A DNA stretch of 64,000 bases. Source: an uncultured delta proteobacterium. Lineage in GTDB: Bacteria > Desulfobacterota > Binatia > UBA9968. Location of the stretch: contig CAWFJP010000011.1 of the NCBI GenBank assembly GCA_963816145.1, positions 256,001 to 320,000 of the forward strand, in the 5' to 3' direction. The notes beneath the pieces were generated by a model. That model was not told the DNA's origin, made no database searches, and saw only the letters and a program-made list of their open reading frames with translations. Shown here in pieces: positions 8,742 to 20,345 of this stretch; the first letter of the stretch is position 1, and the number at the start of each line of letters is the position of its first letter. Position numbers and translations under genes: made by a program.

Positions 8742-9527
8742 ATGTTGCTCCGGGATGCGCTTGGATTGACGCGCGGCGAGATGGTTTCGCTGATCGGCGC
8801 CGGCGACAAGACGACCACGATGTTTCGCCTCGCCAAAGAACTGCGCGACCAGGCTTGGAAAGTGCTAGTCACGTCAACCACCAAGATTGTCAAGCCAACC
8901 AAGCCGCACATCGACCGGTTATTTCTCGTCGACGAACTCCAAGCTCTGATCGATGTCTGCGGCGAGATTTTAGCGCCGGTGATTATCGGCGCCGGCTGTG
9001 GCGTGAACCTGGAAGGCGAATTGATCGGTATGCCGGTAGCCTGGCTCGATCGCCTAAACCAAGTTGCAACATTTGATGCGATCTTGGTGCAAGCCGATGG
9101 CGCGGCATCGCGCTTACTGGAAATCCCGACGAACGGCGAAACGCTGATACCGCAGAGTTGCCAGACCACCCTATGGATCGTTGCGGTCAAAGTCCTCGGC
9201 AAACCGCTCTCCGAAGCTTGGGTGTATGGCTCAGCGCGGGCGCGCGATCTGCTCGGGTTGCCGGCCGATGCCAGCGTCAGCGAAGACATCCTGATTCAGT
9301 TACTCCAACATCGAGACGGCTGTCTCAAAGGTATTCCGTCCGGCAGCCGAAAAATCGCCATCATTAATCAAGTTGATAGTCCGGCAGAAATGGCGGCGGC
9401 CCAAGCGCTCGGCGACAAACTGCAAACTCAAGGATTCGACAGGGTCGTCATTGCCAGTTACGCCAGCGCCGAACCGGTTATCCACGGTATTGGCCCATTA
9501 GAACTTAACGTTGACGAGACTCGATGA
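8742..9527 (+). CDS. yqeC: YqeC-like (selenium-dependent molybdenum hydroxylase accessory) protein, divergent
   Basis: SLIGAGDKTTTMFRLA, VLVTSTTKI, LVQADGA, LKGIP, IINQVD; overlaps mocA. Confidence 0.75.
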   Translation: MLLRDALGLTRGEMVSLIGAGDKTTTMFRLAKELRDQAWKVLVTSTTKIVKPTKPHIDRLFLVDELQALIDVCGEILAPVIIGAGCGVNLEGELIGMPVAWLDRLNQVATFDAILVQADGAASRLLEIPTNGETLIPQSCQTTLWIVAVKVLGKPLSEAWVYGSARARDLLGLPADASVSEDILIQLLQHRDGCLKGIPSGSRKIAIINQVDSPAEMAAAQALGDKLQTQGFDRVVIASYASAEPVIHGIGPLELNVDETR

Positions 9528-10111
9528 TTTCCGCCGTCATACTTGCCGCCGGCCGGGCTGAGAGAATGGGTGAGCCAAAACTTTTCTTGCCTCTCGGCGG
9601 CAAACCGGTGCTCCAATGGGTTTTGGAAAGCGCTCTCGCATCCGATCTCGACGAGGTGATCTGCGTCACCCGAGAACTCAACTCGGCGCGGCGCCAAATC
9701 AATGTCGCCGACGAACGCTTGTTCTGGCTGCTCAACTACGCCGCGGACCGCGGCCAGAGCACCTCCGTGATCGCCGGATTGTGGGCAGCCAGCGCCACCA
9801 CCGATGGCGTGATGTTTTTATGCGGCGACCAACCGCTGGTGCGCCCGGAGCTTATCAATGCGCTGATCGAAAAATTCGACGACACGTCAGCATGGATCGT
9901 CGCGCCGAGATTCAATGGCGAAGTGCGCAACCCGATCTTGTTCCACCGCAAACTATTTCCCGAATTGCTCCGACTCACCGGCGACCGCGGTGGCCGGCCG
10001 CTGCTCGACAAACACAAGCGCAAAACCGCATTGTTGGACTGGCCGGAGGAACTCTCATTTCTCGATATCGACGTGCGCGCAGATTACGAACGGCTCAAAC
10101 AACTGGCTTAG
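9524..10111 (+). CDS. mocA: Molybdenum cofactor cytidylyltransferase MocA/YgfJ
   Basis: ILAAGRAERMGEPKL, GQSTS, GDQP, NPILF, LTGDRGGR, DIDV..DY. Confidence 0.88.
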   Translation: MISAVILAAGRAERMGEPKLFLPLGGKPVLQWVLESALASDLDEVICVTRELNSARRQINVADERLFWLLNYAADRGQSTSVIAGLWAASATTDGVMFLCGDQPLVRPELINALIEKFDDTSAWIVAPRFNGEVRNPILFHRKLFPELLRLTGDRGGRPLLDKHKRKTALLDWPEELSFLDIDVRADYERLKQLA

Positions 10112-11217
10112 TCACGTACATCTCGGCCCACCGCTTCGGAGATATGTTTGAGGCCGTCCCGTTCGAGCAAACGCAGTAAGCCTTTGTTGATCCGCTTGAC
10201 CGCACCCGGTCCTTCGTAGATCCAGCCAGTGTAAATCTGCACCGCGTTGGCGCCAGCCTTGATCTTCTCGTAAGCATCGTAGGCGTCAAAAATACCGCCG
10301 ACACCGATGATCGGTAGTCTGCCGCGGGTGTTTCGATAGATATGGGAAATGAACCGCGTCACCATCGCCGTGATTGGCCGGCCGCTCAATCCTCCGGGCT
10401 CGGGACCATTGGGAGATTTCAGCCCCTCGCGTTTGAACGCCGTCGCGTTGGTGGCGACGATGCCGGTGAGCTTCACCTGATCGACGACATCGATGATCTC
10501 GTCGACTTGGCCAAACTCCATATCCGGAGCGATTTTCACGAACACCGCCTTCGGATCGATCTGTGCCCGCGCCGCCAGTTGCAGATTTCTTTGCTGCACC
10601 GCCGTGAGCAGCTCGCGCAATAGATTTTTTTCCTGCAGGTCGCGCAGATTCGGTGTGTTCGGCGAACTCACGTTAAGCGTGAAGAAATCGCCGTGCGGAA
10701 ACAGCTTCTCGAAACAGGAAAGAAAATCCGCCACCGCGTCCTTGGTCTCGACGATCTTGGTACGGCCGATGTTCATGCCGAGGGGAATCTTCGGTCGCCC
10801 ACCGCGCGCGCGCAGGCGGTCGAGCTTGATCGCGATCGCTTCGGCGCCTTCGTTGTTGAATCCCAAACGGTTGATCAAGGCATCGTCTTCCGGCAACCGG
10901 TAGAGGCGCGGTTTGGGATTGCCGGGCTGCGCCTGCGCGGTAATCGCGCCCACTTCCATAAAGCCGAATCCGAAAGCGGAAATCATCTTCGGCGCCAGAG
11001 CATTCTTGTCGAAACCGCCGGCGAGCCCCACCGGGTTGGCAAACGTCAGCGGGCCAATCTTGACGACGAGTCGCTCATCTTCGGCCTTGTAGAAATCCTC
11101 GAGGGTAGCGTAGAGCCACTCGTTTCTGGCAAGCATGTGCAAAACCGCCTCGTGGCTTCGCTCCGGATCTTTGCGAAATAATATTGGCCGAATCAGCGAT
11201 TTGTAAATCAAAGACAT
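10108..11217 (-). CDS. pyrD: Quinone-dependent dihydroorotate dehydrogenase (class 2)
   Basis: NPVGLAGGFDKN, GNPKPRLYRL, INRLGFNN, NVSSPNTPNLR, KIAPD, GGLSG. Confidence 0.96.
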   Translation of the reverse strand: MSLIYKSLIRPILFRKDPERSHEAVLHMLARNEWLYATLEDFYKAEDERLVVKIGPLTFANPVGLAGGFDKNALAPKMISAFGFGFMEVGAITAQAQPGNPKPRLYRLPEDDALINRLGFNNEGAEAIAIKLDRLRARGGRPKIPLGMNIGRTKIVETKDAVADFLSCFEKLFPHGDFFTLNVSSPNTPNLRDLQEKNLLRELLTAVQQRNLQLAARAQIDPKAVFVKIAPDMEFGQVDEIIDVVDQVKLTGIVATNATAFKREGLKSPNGPEPGGLSGRPITAMVTRFISHIYRNTRGRLPIIGVGGIFDAYDAYEKIKAGANAVQIYTGWIYEGPGAVKRINKGLLRLLERDGLKHISEAVGRDVRD

Positions 11218-11285
11218 GGCAAGGATGTATCGGAAAACAAAAATGACTTCCAGCAAACCAGCGGGTCGACTTTCTCTGGCGCACC

Positions 11286-11320
11286 AAAAAAACAGGGAGA
11301 ACGCGAACGCTCCCCCTGTT
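11286..11320 (-). terminator. Intrinsic terminator after the NIPSNAP gene
   Basis: Minus strand AACAGGGGGAGCG-TTCG-CGTTCTCCCTGTT followed by a T-run. Confidence 0.7.
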
Positions 11321-11381
11321 ATTAGATGACCGTGCCCGTCCTAGCGTGGCACTTACCGCAATTTACGAATTGTTTCTCAGT

Positions 11382-11999
11382 TTATTTGAACGGCGCACAG
11401 GGTGCCGGAGTCATAATAGTATTTTCCTGCATCACGAGCAGCTCCCTAGTAGGCGGTGGCCAACCCTCGACCGTCTTTGACGCTTCGGCGCGCAAACGCT
11501 CGCGCTCGCCGGCGTCTTTGTAGGCCCAAACATGAATATATTGGTTAAGTGGCCCGATGATCGTCTGCCCGGCAAAAACCAGCGGCGAGACCTTGGTGCG
11601 TGCGCCGATTACTTTGCTCCACCGCTCCAAAACCGTCGGCATGGTCCCTGGCTGATAGGTATAGGTGCGGAACTCATAAAGCTCGCCCATCTTTTTTTCC
11701 GGTAAGGGCGGGGAAAACGGCGCCAGCTGAATGATCTTGTTTTCCTGGGTGACGATAAACTCTTGGGTCTTGGGCGGCCATTTGCCGGTCTTACGCGCTT
11801 CGCCACCGATCCGCTCTCGGTCTTCGAAGCTTTCGTAGGGCCAGACATGTGTCACGCGATTCAGCCCGCCCACTTCCGAGCAGAAAAGTCCGAGCAGCTT
11901 GGAAAATTGCAACCGAGCCGTCAGCCCTTCGGCAAAGCGTTCGACAAAGTTGTTGGTCATCCCTGGTTTCAACACATAGGTTCTCATCTCAAGAAACAT
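11382..11999 (-). CDS. NIPSNAP family protein (two domains)
   Basis: Duplicated E.RTY..PG ... G.LN...HVW.Y....R domain; G-rich RBS before ATG 11999. Confidence 0.88.
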   Translation of the reverse strand: MFLEMRTYVLKPGMTNNFVERFAEGLTARLQFSKLLGLFCSEVGGLNRVTHVWPYESFEDRERIGGEARKTGKWPPKTQEFIVTQENKIIQLAPFSPPLPEKKMGELYEFRTYTYQPGTMPTVLERWSKVIGARTKVSPLVFAGQTIIGPLNQYIHVWAYKDAGERERLRAEASKTVEGWPPPTRELLVMQENTIMTPAPCAPFK

Positions 12000-12211
12000 A
12001 GCGACCCCCCTTTTAGAAGTTTTCCTATCCTTTCCACAATCCCATGCGGTAATGCAACCGCAAATTTCCGCTCGCGCCGCAATGGTCATGAATCGAATCC
12101 GCCGGTTCAGCGGGAAAAAGTTGCCGGGCCCGGTCCTCAGAGTAACCGGCACCGACAGAAATTAGCGCGCCCGCGGAAAATACCACCAGATTTCCAACCG
12201 GTCAGCTGTGC

Positions 12212-12791
12212 GTCAATGCGAGATTATTGGATGGCAGCGTCGTCGTCACCCTGACCCGAGAAGTCCTTAGCGACACCGCCAAGCTGGTGCAACACCGCAT
12301 TCGCATTACGACCGCCGGCATCGACCTCAAGCAAAATCTGACCGAACGGGTTTCTGTCGAAGGCCGCTACACCTACAAGAGTTTTTCCGATGGTAATCAC
12401 GCAAACGAGTTGCAATGGTCGACATAGTACGCGTTGTATTTGACGCCGCGCATCGTCATCGGCCATCGTTTTCGCCTGCTCGACTTTCAAAAGCAGAGCG
12501 GCAGCGGCTACTTCGACCCCAACAACTACATAGCCAATCGCGCATTCGGTCACTGTATTTCGAAAATCGCATCTATTGGTCCTACGTCGAAGCGTATCTC
12601 GGCTATGATAGCTATCGGGGCTACGGCGTCGTTTCGGCCAACTTCCTTCATGGCGGCGCCGGCAGCGTCGGCATCAAACCGCTGCAAAATCTTTCCCTTG
12701 AGATCAATATAGAAGGCGGCAAGTTCGCGGCTGGGCAACCTCGGGATTCAACTACAGCACCGTCGCGCCGAGAATCCTATTGCGGTTCTGA
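12212..12791 (+). pseudogene. C-terminal outer-membrane beta-barrel fragment (PgaA/PelB-like exporter), 5'-truncated
   Basis: Stitched reading ..YKSFSDGN..*..GSGYFDP..(fs)..YVEAYLG..(fs)..FNYSTVAPRILLRF*: amphipathic strands and a terminal Phe; one in-frame TAG and two frameshifts. Confidence 0.55.
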
Positions 12792-12929
12792 GGCGCTTAC
12801 AGTGCCCTTAGCGCGCTTCCTTAACCGAGACCATCGTCAAAGCGCCGCGCTCAAGGATGGCTAGCGAAGGGGTTCCCGACAGAAGTTCTGTCTTATGGGC
12901 TGTTATTTGCAATACAACAACCTGGCGAC

Positions 12930-13706
12930 TCACATAAATCTCTTGCCACCCATGTCGGCAAGCAGGGACACTAGGCGCGGCGACTTTCTCTTTCTCTTAG
13001 CATCGAGGGCTTTCTCCAGATCATCTCCGCCGCTCATGGTTTGTTTGGTGCTCTCAATCTCGACAGATTTTGCCGACAGGGTGAAGTCCTTTTCTCGACT
13101 ATCGCTCTTCAGCCTTTCTATGTCGAATGACGTGCGATCTTCAAATTCCTTTATCATGTCCGTGGTATCCTCTGTCGGATTATCTTGCGACTCGTCCAGT
13201 AATAGCATGGGCGTTGCGCCGCTAGATGACAGACCACTGACAAGACGGTTCAAAGACTCCGCGGCGGCTTTGAGATCCGTCAACGCAATTTCGCGAATCT
13301 GCAGCAGCCGGTCTTTTTCTCTAATCTGTCCTTTAAGATCTTCCATCCCGGCGATAAATTCTTCCTGTAGCTCTGTGACTGCGGTTTCTTTGCTCTGGAG
13401 CGTTTGCTCCATTTCCATGATTTGAATCGTTAGCGCGCTCTTCTCGCTTTCAAGGCTTTGCTGACGCTCGCGCTCCCACTCGGCATCCTGTAACGCTGAG
13501 GTGGCGGCTTGCGTGATGATGGCTTCAAACCGGTTCGCCTGCTCGCTCAAAATCTCCTTTTCCAGAGCCAATTCGTCCAGCGCGGCTCTGAGTCGGGACT
13601 CGTGAGAGTCGATGGTGCGAAGACTTTTTTGGATCTGCTTCACCTCATTGGAGAGAAGCATGAGATTACGGAACAACTCTTTGTCGCTTGCTACGTCTGA
13701 GATCAT
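12930..13706 (-). CDS. Hypothetical coiled-coil protein
   Basis: 258-aa E/K/L-rich heptad pattern; AAGGAG RBS before ATG 13706. Confidence 0.65.
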   Translation of the reverse strand: MISDVASDKELFRNLMLLSNEVKQIQKSLRTIDSHESRLRAALDELALEKEILSEQANRFEAIITQAATSALQDAEWERERQQSLESEKSALTIQIMEMEQTLQSKETAVTELQEEFIAGMEDLKGQIREKDRLLQIREIALTDLKAAAESLNRLVSGLSSSGATPMLLLDESQDNPTEDTTDMIKEFEDRTSFDIERLKSDSREKDFTLSAKSVEIESTKQTMSGGDDLEKALDAKRKRKSPRLVSLLADMGGKRFM

Positions 13707-14192
13707 GGTTCACTCCTTATGGTTCATGAGGCGAGCCCCTCGCTCAGCCTTGCCCTTGCTAAGTATAGCCGCATCTTCACGAGTCACAGGCCCGGCAAAG
13801 GGCAATAAATATACCAGGAACGCCCTCAAGGACCTTGAACGCTCAGAAAATCTTTGACGGTCAAGCGGTTAGATTTGACGAAGACATCAAATAGGTTAGC
13901 TCGTGCGAAGAGCGCAGATTTTGCCGAATTTGACACTTTAATGACAAATTGACAGACAATTTGACAAATAATACATAGAGTTCCTTAGTGTTGCTAGATA
14001 ACTCCAATAACTGCCAGGTCCGAGCTGAAATCGATCTCAGCCGTTAAAAAGTGGTCTAAAAGTTAAAAGTATTTGCCGCTGGCGGCATCAACAAAAAAAA
14101 TAAGACTATACGGCATGCCCGACGATACACACCCGATCCTAACCCCATTTGCGGACAAGGGTGCCCCCTTTTCTAATCGTCGCTGCCTCCCC

Positions 14193-14228
14193 AAAAGCAA
14201 AGGGCCCCGATTTCCCGAGGCCCTTTGC
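14193..14228 (-). terminator. Intrinsic terminator after the M4 peptidase
   Basis: GCAAAGGGCCTCG-GGAAAT-CGGGGCCCTTTGC followed by TTTT on the minus strand. Confidence 0.75.
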
Positions 14229-14270
14229 CAATTATTGCGGCGTGAACGGATCACCGCCCCCGCATAAGTG

Positions 14271-15892
14271 CTATGGCCGGTTGACCGCGGTCCACGCCGC
14301 AGCCACGGCATTGTACTCAGGGCTGCCGTTACCGTAGAGGTCGCTCGCGGCCTTCAACGTCACCGTGCGGGCGGCCGCGTAGTTGGTACTTGAAGTCATG
14401 TACAGCGTGAGCGCGCGGAACCAGATCTTTTCGGCCTTGGCGCGGCCGATGCCGGTGAGCGTGCCGGCGCCCGACGCGACCCGCGTGTTGCCCGCGACAC
14501 AGGTCGGGCTGGGGCTGCCGTTGGTCGTGCCTTGGGCCAGTAACTAGAAGAAGTGGTTGGCGACGCCGGAACTGTAGTGTACGTCGAGCGAGCCCATCCC
14601 AGAGTACCAGCAATCGGCCGACCGGCCGTCAGCACTCGGCTTGATCATTGAGCGAAGCCACGACGTACCATTCTTGTAGAGTTCCTCGCCGATCAGGTAG
14701 TCGGGCGTGTCGTTTTGGTTGTTGGCGTAAAACTCAACCATGGTGCCGAAGATGTCGCTGGTGGCCTCGTTGAGTCCGCCCGACTCACCAGAGTAGGTCA
14801 GGTTCGCGGTGCGGCTGGTCACCCCGTGGGTCATCTCGTGTCCGGCCACGTCAAGCGAGTCGAACGGGTTAAATGTGACACCGTCGCCATCACCGTAGGT
14901 CATACAGAAGCAGGAGTTCGACCAGTAGGCGTTGTTATAATTACGGCCGAAATGCACGCGGCTGTAGGCGCTTTTTTTGTCGTTGGCGATGCCTTCGCGC
15001 TGGTGCACATTTTTATAGTAGTCCCAAGTCATCGCGGCGCCGTATTGCGCGTCGACGCCAACGGTCTGACGGTTCGACAGCAGTCCGGAGCCCCAGCTAT
15101 TGTCAGTATCGGTGAAGACCGTCCCGCTGCCGCCCTGCTTGTTCTTCATGTCCACCGTGTGCTGGTTGCCACGGCTCGGGTCACGCAGGTAATAGGTGCT
15201 GCCGACCAGGTCGGTGGTGCGGGCGACAGTGCCGTTGAAGAAGCCTTGCCAGTCCCAGGTGTAGCGCCGGTATGAATGTCATCCCATGCGTCGAGCACAT
15301 TACCGCTCACCGCATCGATAATGACATGCAGTTCACTCGGTGTTCCGTCGTTTTGCGCACCGGTAACGAGGACATCGTAGGCGAGCACCGGAGTCGCGCC
15401 GCGGGCGAAGACAATCAACTCGGGCTGGGATCCAGACGGCCTGTGGCTGGTAAACCGCGCGATGGCCGCACGGACTGCGCCCTGCGGCGAAAGCGACGGC
15501 TGCGTCGATAGCGTGAGGTCACTAGAGAGCGTCTGGGACACACCTGTGAACTGACCGTTCGCAGCGGTGTGCATGACCAAATCTCCCCCGACAACACGAA
15601 GTCCCCTGTAGGTGCGGTCGAACCGGACATGCTCCGTGCCATCGGCGTCGATGATAGCATCGCGCACGACGAGATCCTGGTCGGGGCCGAAGTGTGTGAC
15701 CGCCGCGTTGGCCGCCGCATGGCTGCGTGCAAGCGCGATCGCCTGCGCTCGATCCGCGGCAGCGTTCTGGGCGCGAGCAGGTACTACTCCGCAAATGAAC
15801 GCCAGCACGATGAGGGCCGTCGCCCAAGCTTTGGTTCGCCCTCCGTGCGAACAAGCCGCGCCGGTTGTCGGTTTAGTGGTGCAATCGATCAT
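14271..15892 (-). pseudogene. Secreted M4 (thermolysin/griselysin-like) zinc metalloprotease with FTP/PepSY propeptide; one frameshift and one amber stop
   Basis: Signal peptide; HVRFDRTYRGLRVVGG; NNAYW; HEMTH; GGLNEATSD; VHYSSG. Shift near 15245; TAG at 14544-14546 in place of the Tyr of NHFFYLL; frame continues to AAAWTAVNRP* at 14271. Confidence 0.85.
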
Positions 15893-17086
15893 ACGACCTC
15901 CTCGAAGGTTTACTTTTATAACCATTAATTCATTTACCTCATCGATCGCCCAGCGCAATGAAACATCCAACTCTCCCTAGGCGGCCGCTCAAAGGTGAAT
16001 TAATGCTATCCAGTCGCGTATCAAACTCCCTACGGTACTCTCGTACTCACGCTGTCATCTGCTACCATGGCTAAACGCGTTGTTACTTTTAAAGTTACGT
16101 TCCACGCCAGTTCCGATGTGAAAAAACCAATGCTTGGCACCACCTATACTTCTGATCGTATGAAGCAGTGCAGCGTACACCGATAGAGATCAATTAGTTC
16201 GACAGTGTCACCCTAAAAACTGTCGATGGATTCTGCCAACCCCTGGACAATATCGCGCATTTTCTACCCGAGAAATTTCCCCGACCAACTCAAGCAGGCA
16301 TTTATGCCGGACGTCAAATCACCCCCGCTTAGAATCTCTAATCTCTTTTTTGCGCATTTTGGAGCAATCTCCACTTTCCTTCGATCGCAACATCTACGAT
16401 GACATCGGACCGTAATCGTTGCATCAACAGTCGTGCCGGTGATTCGATTAATCGCTCGGTGTTGTGCAAGACTAAAATTTCCCCGAGACAATAAATTGCA
16501 GTTAAAATTTCTTAAATCGAAAAGAAATTGAGCAAGGCCTACGTGCCGCCAAAAGTTCACCAATCGCATCGTGTCCAGATTCCCCCAAGTTCATCTGGGC
16601 AGTCATGCGACTGACAGAAACACCGATACACTCAGCCGTTCCAGTTAATAACGGTAATCGCCATACCCATTCGTCGACACCGGATAAGTTTGACGCCGCT
16701 AACACTTCCGTCGCAAATTCCTAATAAATTCGGGCCCATCGGCTCTAGCTTTGAATGCGAAGAGCCTTGGCGCAAATGTCGCCGCGGATCGAAGAGATTC
16801 ACAATCGGTTCGCCACTGTGGAGGAGGGCTGGTTTAAAATCGTTTTTTGGGCTATGAGGTTTTTGTCAATAAACTTTGTCGTTGCGAGATTGCGTAGCCG
16901 ACGCCATGGGACAATTTCACGCAGAGTCGCAAAGATAAATCGGGTTTCCGATTGTTGGCGATTTAGCAATCACCAATCGCCATTGCAAAGCACGAAAGGC
17001 AGCGGGATATATCTTGGCAAACGATGAAACCTCGCACCAATCGCAATTCAAATGATGCGCGATACAAACTGCCTTCCATCGCCTAG

Positions 17087-18256
<1,170 letters not shown>

Positions 18257-18381
18257 TTCCTTTAGCGCTTTCTACAGCACAAAACATTGTGGTCGGCGCA
18301 AGGTGCCGATAGCAAATCTAGCGGCATTATTTCTTGCCGCGTCATCGATCATTTCACCGGAGAATTTGCCGGGAAAACGGC

Positions 18382-18410
18382 TTGCAGTTTCACCAATTTC
18401 TCACTATAAG
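18382..18410 (+). promoter_or_regulatory. Sigma70-type promoter candidate for the cox-like genes
   Basis: TTGCAG-17-TATAAG. Confidence 0.45.
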
Positions 18411-18479
18411 AAGGCCCTAGTGGTTTTTTCCGGCCTGGGCTGAAAATTCCGCGCAATAGTTTCTGAGAAAGGAACAGCG

Positions 18480-18947
18480 ATGAATAAGAAGATCAAATTC
18501 CGCGTTAACGGCAAACGACATGAGGTCGAGGTCCCGACCAATCGCCTGTTGATCGACTGTTTGCGTTACGATCTCGGACTGACCGGCACCAAGGAAGGTT
18601 GCAGCGTCGGCGTCTGCGGTGCCTGCACAGTGCTGATGGACGGTGACATGATCAGCTCTTGCCTGACACTAGCGGTGATGGCGGACGGTCATGATCTAAC
18701 CACGGTGGAGGGGCTGGCGAAGAACGGCGAACTCAATCCGGTGCAAAAGAGCTTTATCCAATATGGCGGTTTTCAATGCGGTATCTGCACCCCCGGCCAG
18801 GTGGTTGCCGCCACCGCGCTGTTGAAAGAAAACCCCAAACCCAACGAAGACGAAATCAAGGACTGGATGATGGGCAACCTGTGCCGCTGCACCGGCTACT
18901 ACAAGATCATCGAATCGATCCAGAAAGCGCATCAATTCGCGAAATAA
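18480..18947 (+). CDS. CoxS/CutS-family 2x[2Fe-2S] subunit of a xanthine-oxidase-family enzyme
   Basis: GTKEGCSVGVCGACTV..C, QCGICTPG, GNLCRCTGY. Confidence 0.93.
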   Translation: MNKKIKFRVNGKRHEVEVPTNRLLIDCLRYDLGLTGTKEGCSVGVCGACTVLMDGDMISSCLTLAVMADGHDLTTVEGLAKNGELNPVQKSFIQYGGFQCGICTPGQVVAATALLKENPKPNEDEIKDWMMGNLCRCTGYYKIIESIQKAHQFAK

Positions 18948-18960
18948 TAAGGACACAGCC

Positions 18961-19896
18961 ATGATACCTTTTGAATATCGCACCCCGAAAAATCTCAAAG
19001 AAGTCCACGCGACACTGAAAGAATTTGGCAGCGACGCCAAGCTGATCGCCGGCGGCACAGCATTGGTGATCATGATGAAACAACGCTTGGTCCGGCCCAC
19101 CTGTTTGGTCAGCCTGCGCTCGGTGCGCGGCTTGAACGGCATTGAGGTCAAAGACGGCGGCCTGTCGATTGGTGGTCTGGCCACCCACAGAGCAGTGGAA
19201 AGCTCCTCCTTAGTGCGCCGGCGCTTGCCGATGCTGGCCGAAACCTATCACCATGTCGCCACCCTGCGCGTGCGGAATATGGCAACCGTCGGCGGCGGCT
19301 TAGCTCACGCCGATCCCAACCAGGATCCGCCGCCGAGCCTGATCGCGCTCGGCGCTACTGTGAAAGCCACCTCGTCGACTGGCAGCCGGGTGATTCCCCT
19401 CGATGAGTTTTTTAAAGACTACTATGAGACCGTGCTCAATCCCGACGAGGTCGTCACCGAAGTGATGGTGCCGAAGCAGGCAGCCAACACCGGCGCGGCA
19501 TATATCAAATTTCTTCCGCGTACCGCCGATGACTATGCCACCGTTTCCGCGGCAGCGGTGCTGACTCTCGATAAATCGATGAAGACCATCGCCGATGTGC
19601 GCATCGCGCTAGGCAGCGTTGGCGTGACACCGATCCGCGCCACCGCAGCCGAAGCAGTGCTACGCGGCCAACCGCTGAAAGCCGAAGCCTTCGCTGAGGC
19701 GGGGGAAAAGGCTAAACAAGCCGTCGACCCGGTCAGCGATTTCCGCGGCTCGGCAGCTTACAAGACCGATATGGCCGCGGTGTTCGTCCGGCGCGCCTTA
19801 GAAAAAGCGCTGGCCGATATTCGCCAGCAGGCGAAAGCCAAGGCGGCACCCAAACCGGCTAAAAAGAAGACCGTCAAGAAAGGCAAAAAACGTTGA
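18961..19896 (+). CDS. CoxM/CutM-family FAD-binding subunit with Lys-rich C-terminal tail
   Basis: IAGGTAL, VRNMATVGG, HADP..D, DFRGSAAYK. Confidence 0.92.
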   Translation: MIPFEYRTPKNLKEVHATLKEFGSDAKLIAGGTALVIMMKQRLVRPTCLVSLRSVRGLNGIEVKDGGLSIGGLATHRAVESSSLVRRRLPMLAETYHHVATLRVRNMATVGGGLAHADPNQDPPPSLIALGATVKATSSTGSRVIPLDEFFKDYYETVLNPDEVVTEVMVPKQAANTGAAYIKFLPRTADDYATVSAAAVLTLDKSMKTIADVRIALGSVGVTPIRATAAEAVLRGQPLKAEAFAEAGEKAKQAVDPVSDFRGSAAYKTDMAAVFVRRALEKALADIRQQAKAKAAPKPAKKKTVKKGKKR

Positions 19897-20345
19897 AATT
19901 CTCCCAGACAGCCCAGATTCCCGTCGCCCGCGAACCGCTTTGGAATTTTTTGATGGATGTACCCAAGGTCGCCAAGTCGCTGCCCGGGGTGGAGTCGGTC
20001 AGTCAAATCGACGACACGACTTATGAAGGCGCCTTGACTGTGCGCGTCGGTCCGATCAAGCTCAACTTGCAAGGTAAAATCATTCTCGAAGAGCGAAACA
20101 AAACTGATTGGCGTGCGGCGCTGCGTGCCGAGGCAAAAGACCGCATGGCGGCAGGCGCCGTGAACGGCAAGACCATCATGAACCTGAAAGAGATCGGCGC
20201 CGGTATGACCGAGCTGCTTGTCGAGACCGATGTCAATATTCTCGGTAAAATCGGCGAGTTCGGCCAACCGATCATCCGCAAGAAAGCCGACGCGATGCTC
20301 AAAGAGTTCGTCGAGAACATCAAGAAACAGTTAAGTGGGCAGTAA
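19893..20345 (+). CDS. coxG: CoxG-like SRPBCC protein
   Basis: LWNFLMD...VAKSLPG, VRVGPI, GKIGEFG; follows the coxS/coxM-like genes. Confidence 0.82.
   Translation: MKFSQTAQIPVAREPLWNFLMDVPKVAKSLPGVESVSQIDDTTYEGALTVRVGPIKLNLQGKIILEERNKTDWRAALRAEAKDRMAAGAVNGKTIMNLKEIGAGMTELLVETDVNILGKIGEFGQPIIRKKADAMLKEFVENIKKQLSGQ

Noticed and set aside
12425-14546. Amber (TAG) recoding suggested by in-frame TAGs in the beta-barrel and M4 genes
   Set aside because: TAG ends many intact genes here (frmA, pyrD, metK, rpoN, lptA-independent examples such as moaE), both affected genes also have frameshifts, and no pyl genes or suppressor tRNA are present.
16135-16150. Sigma54 promoter in the AT-rich spacer
   Set aside because: TGGCAC is present but there is no GC at the -12 position.
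16264-17027. Short ORFs in the spacer upstream of frmA
   Set aside because: No RBS, motif or codon-bias support; treated as non-coding.
18480-20345. Aerobic CO dehydrogenase
   Set aside because: No large subunit is present, so the diagnostic AYXCSFR loop cannot be assessed; S and M subunits are shared across the family.
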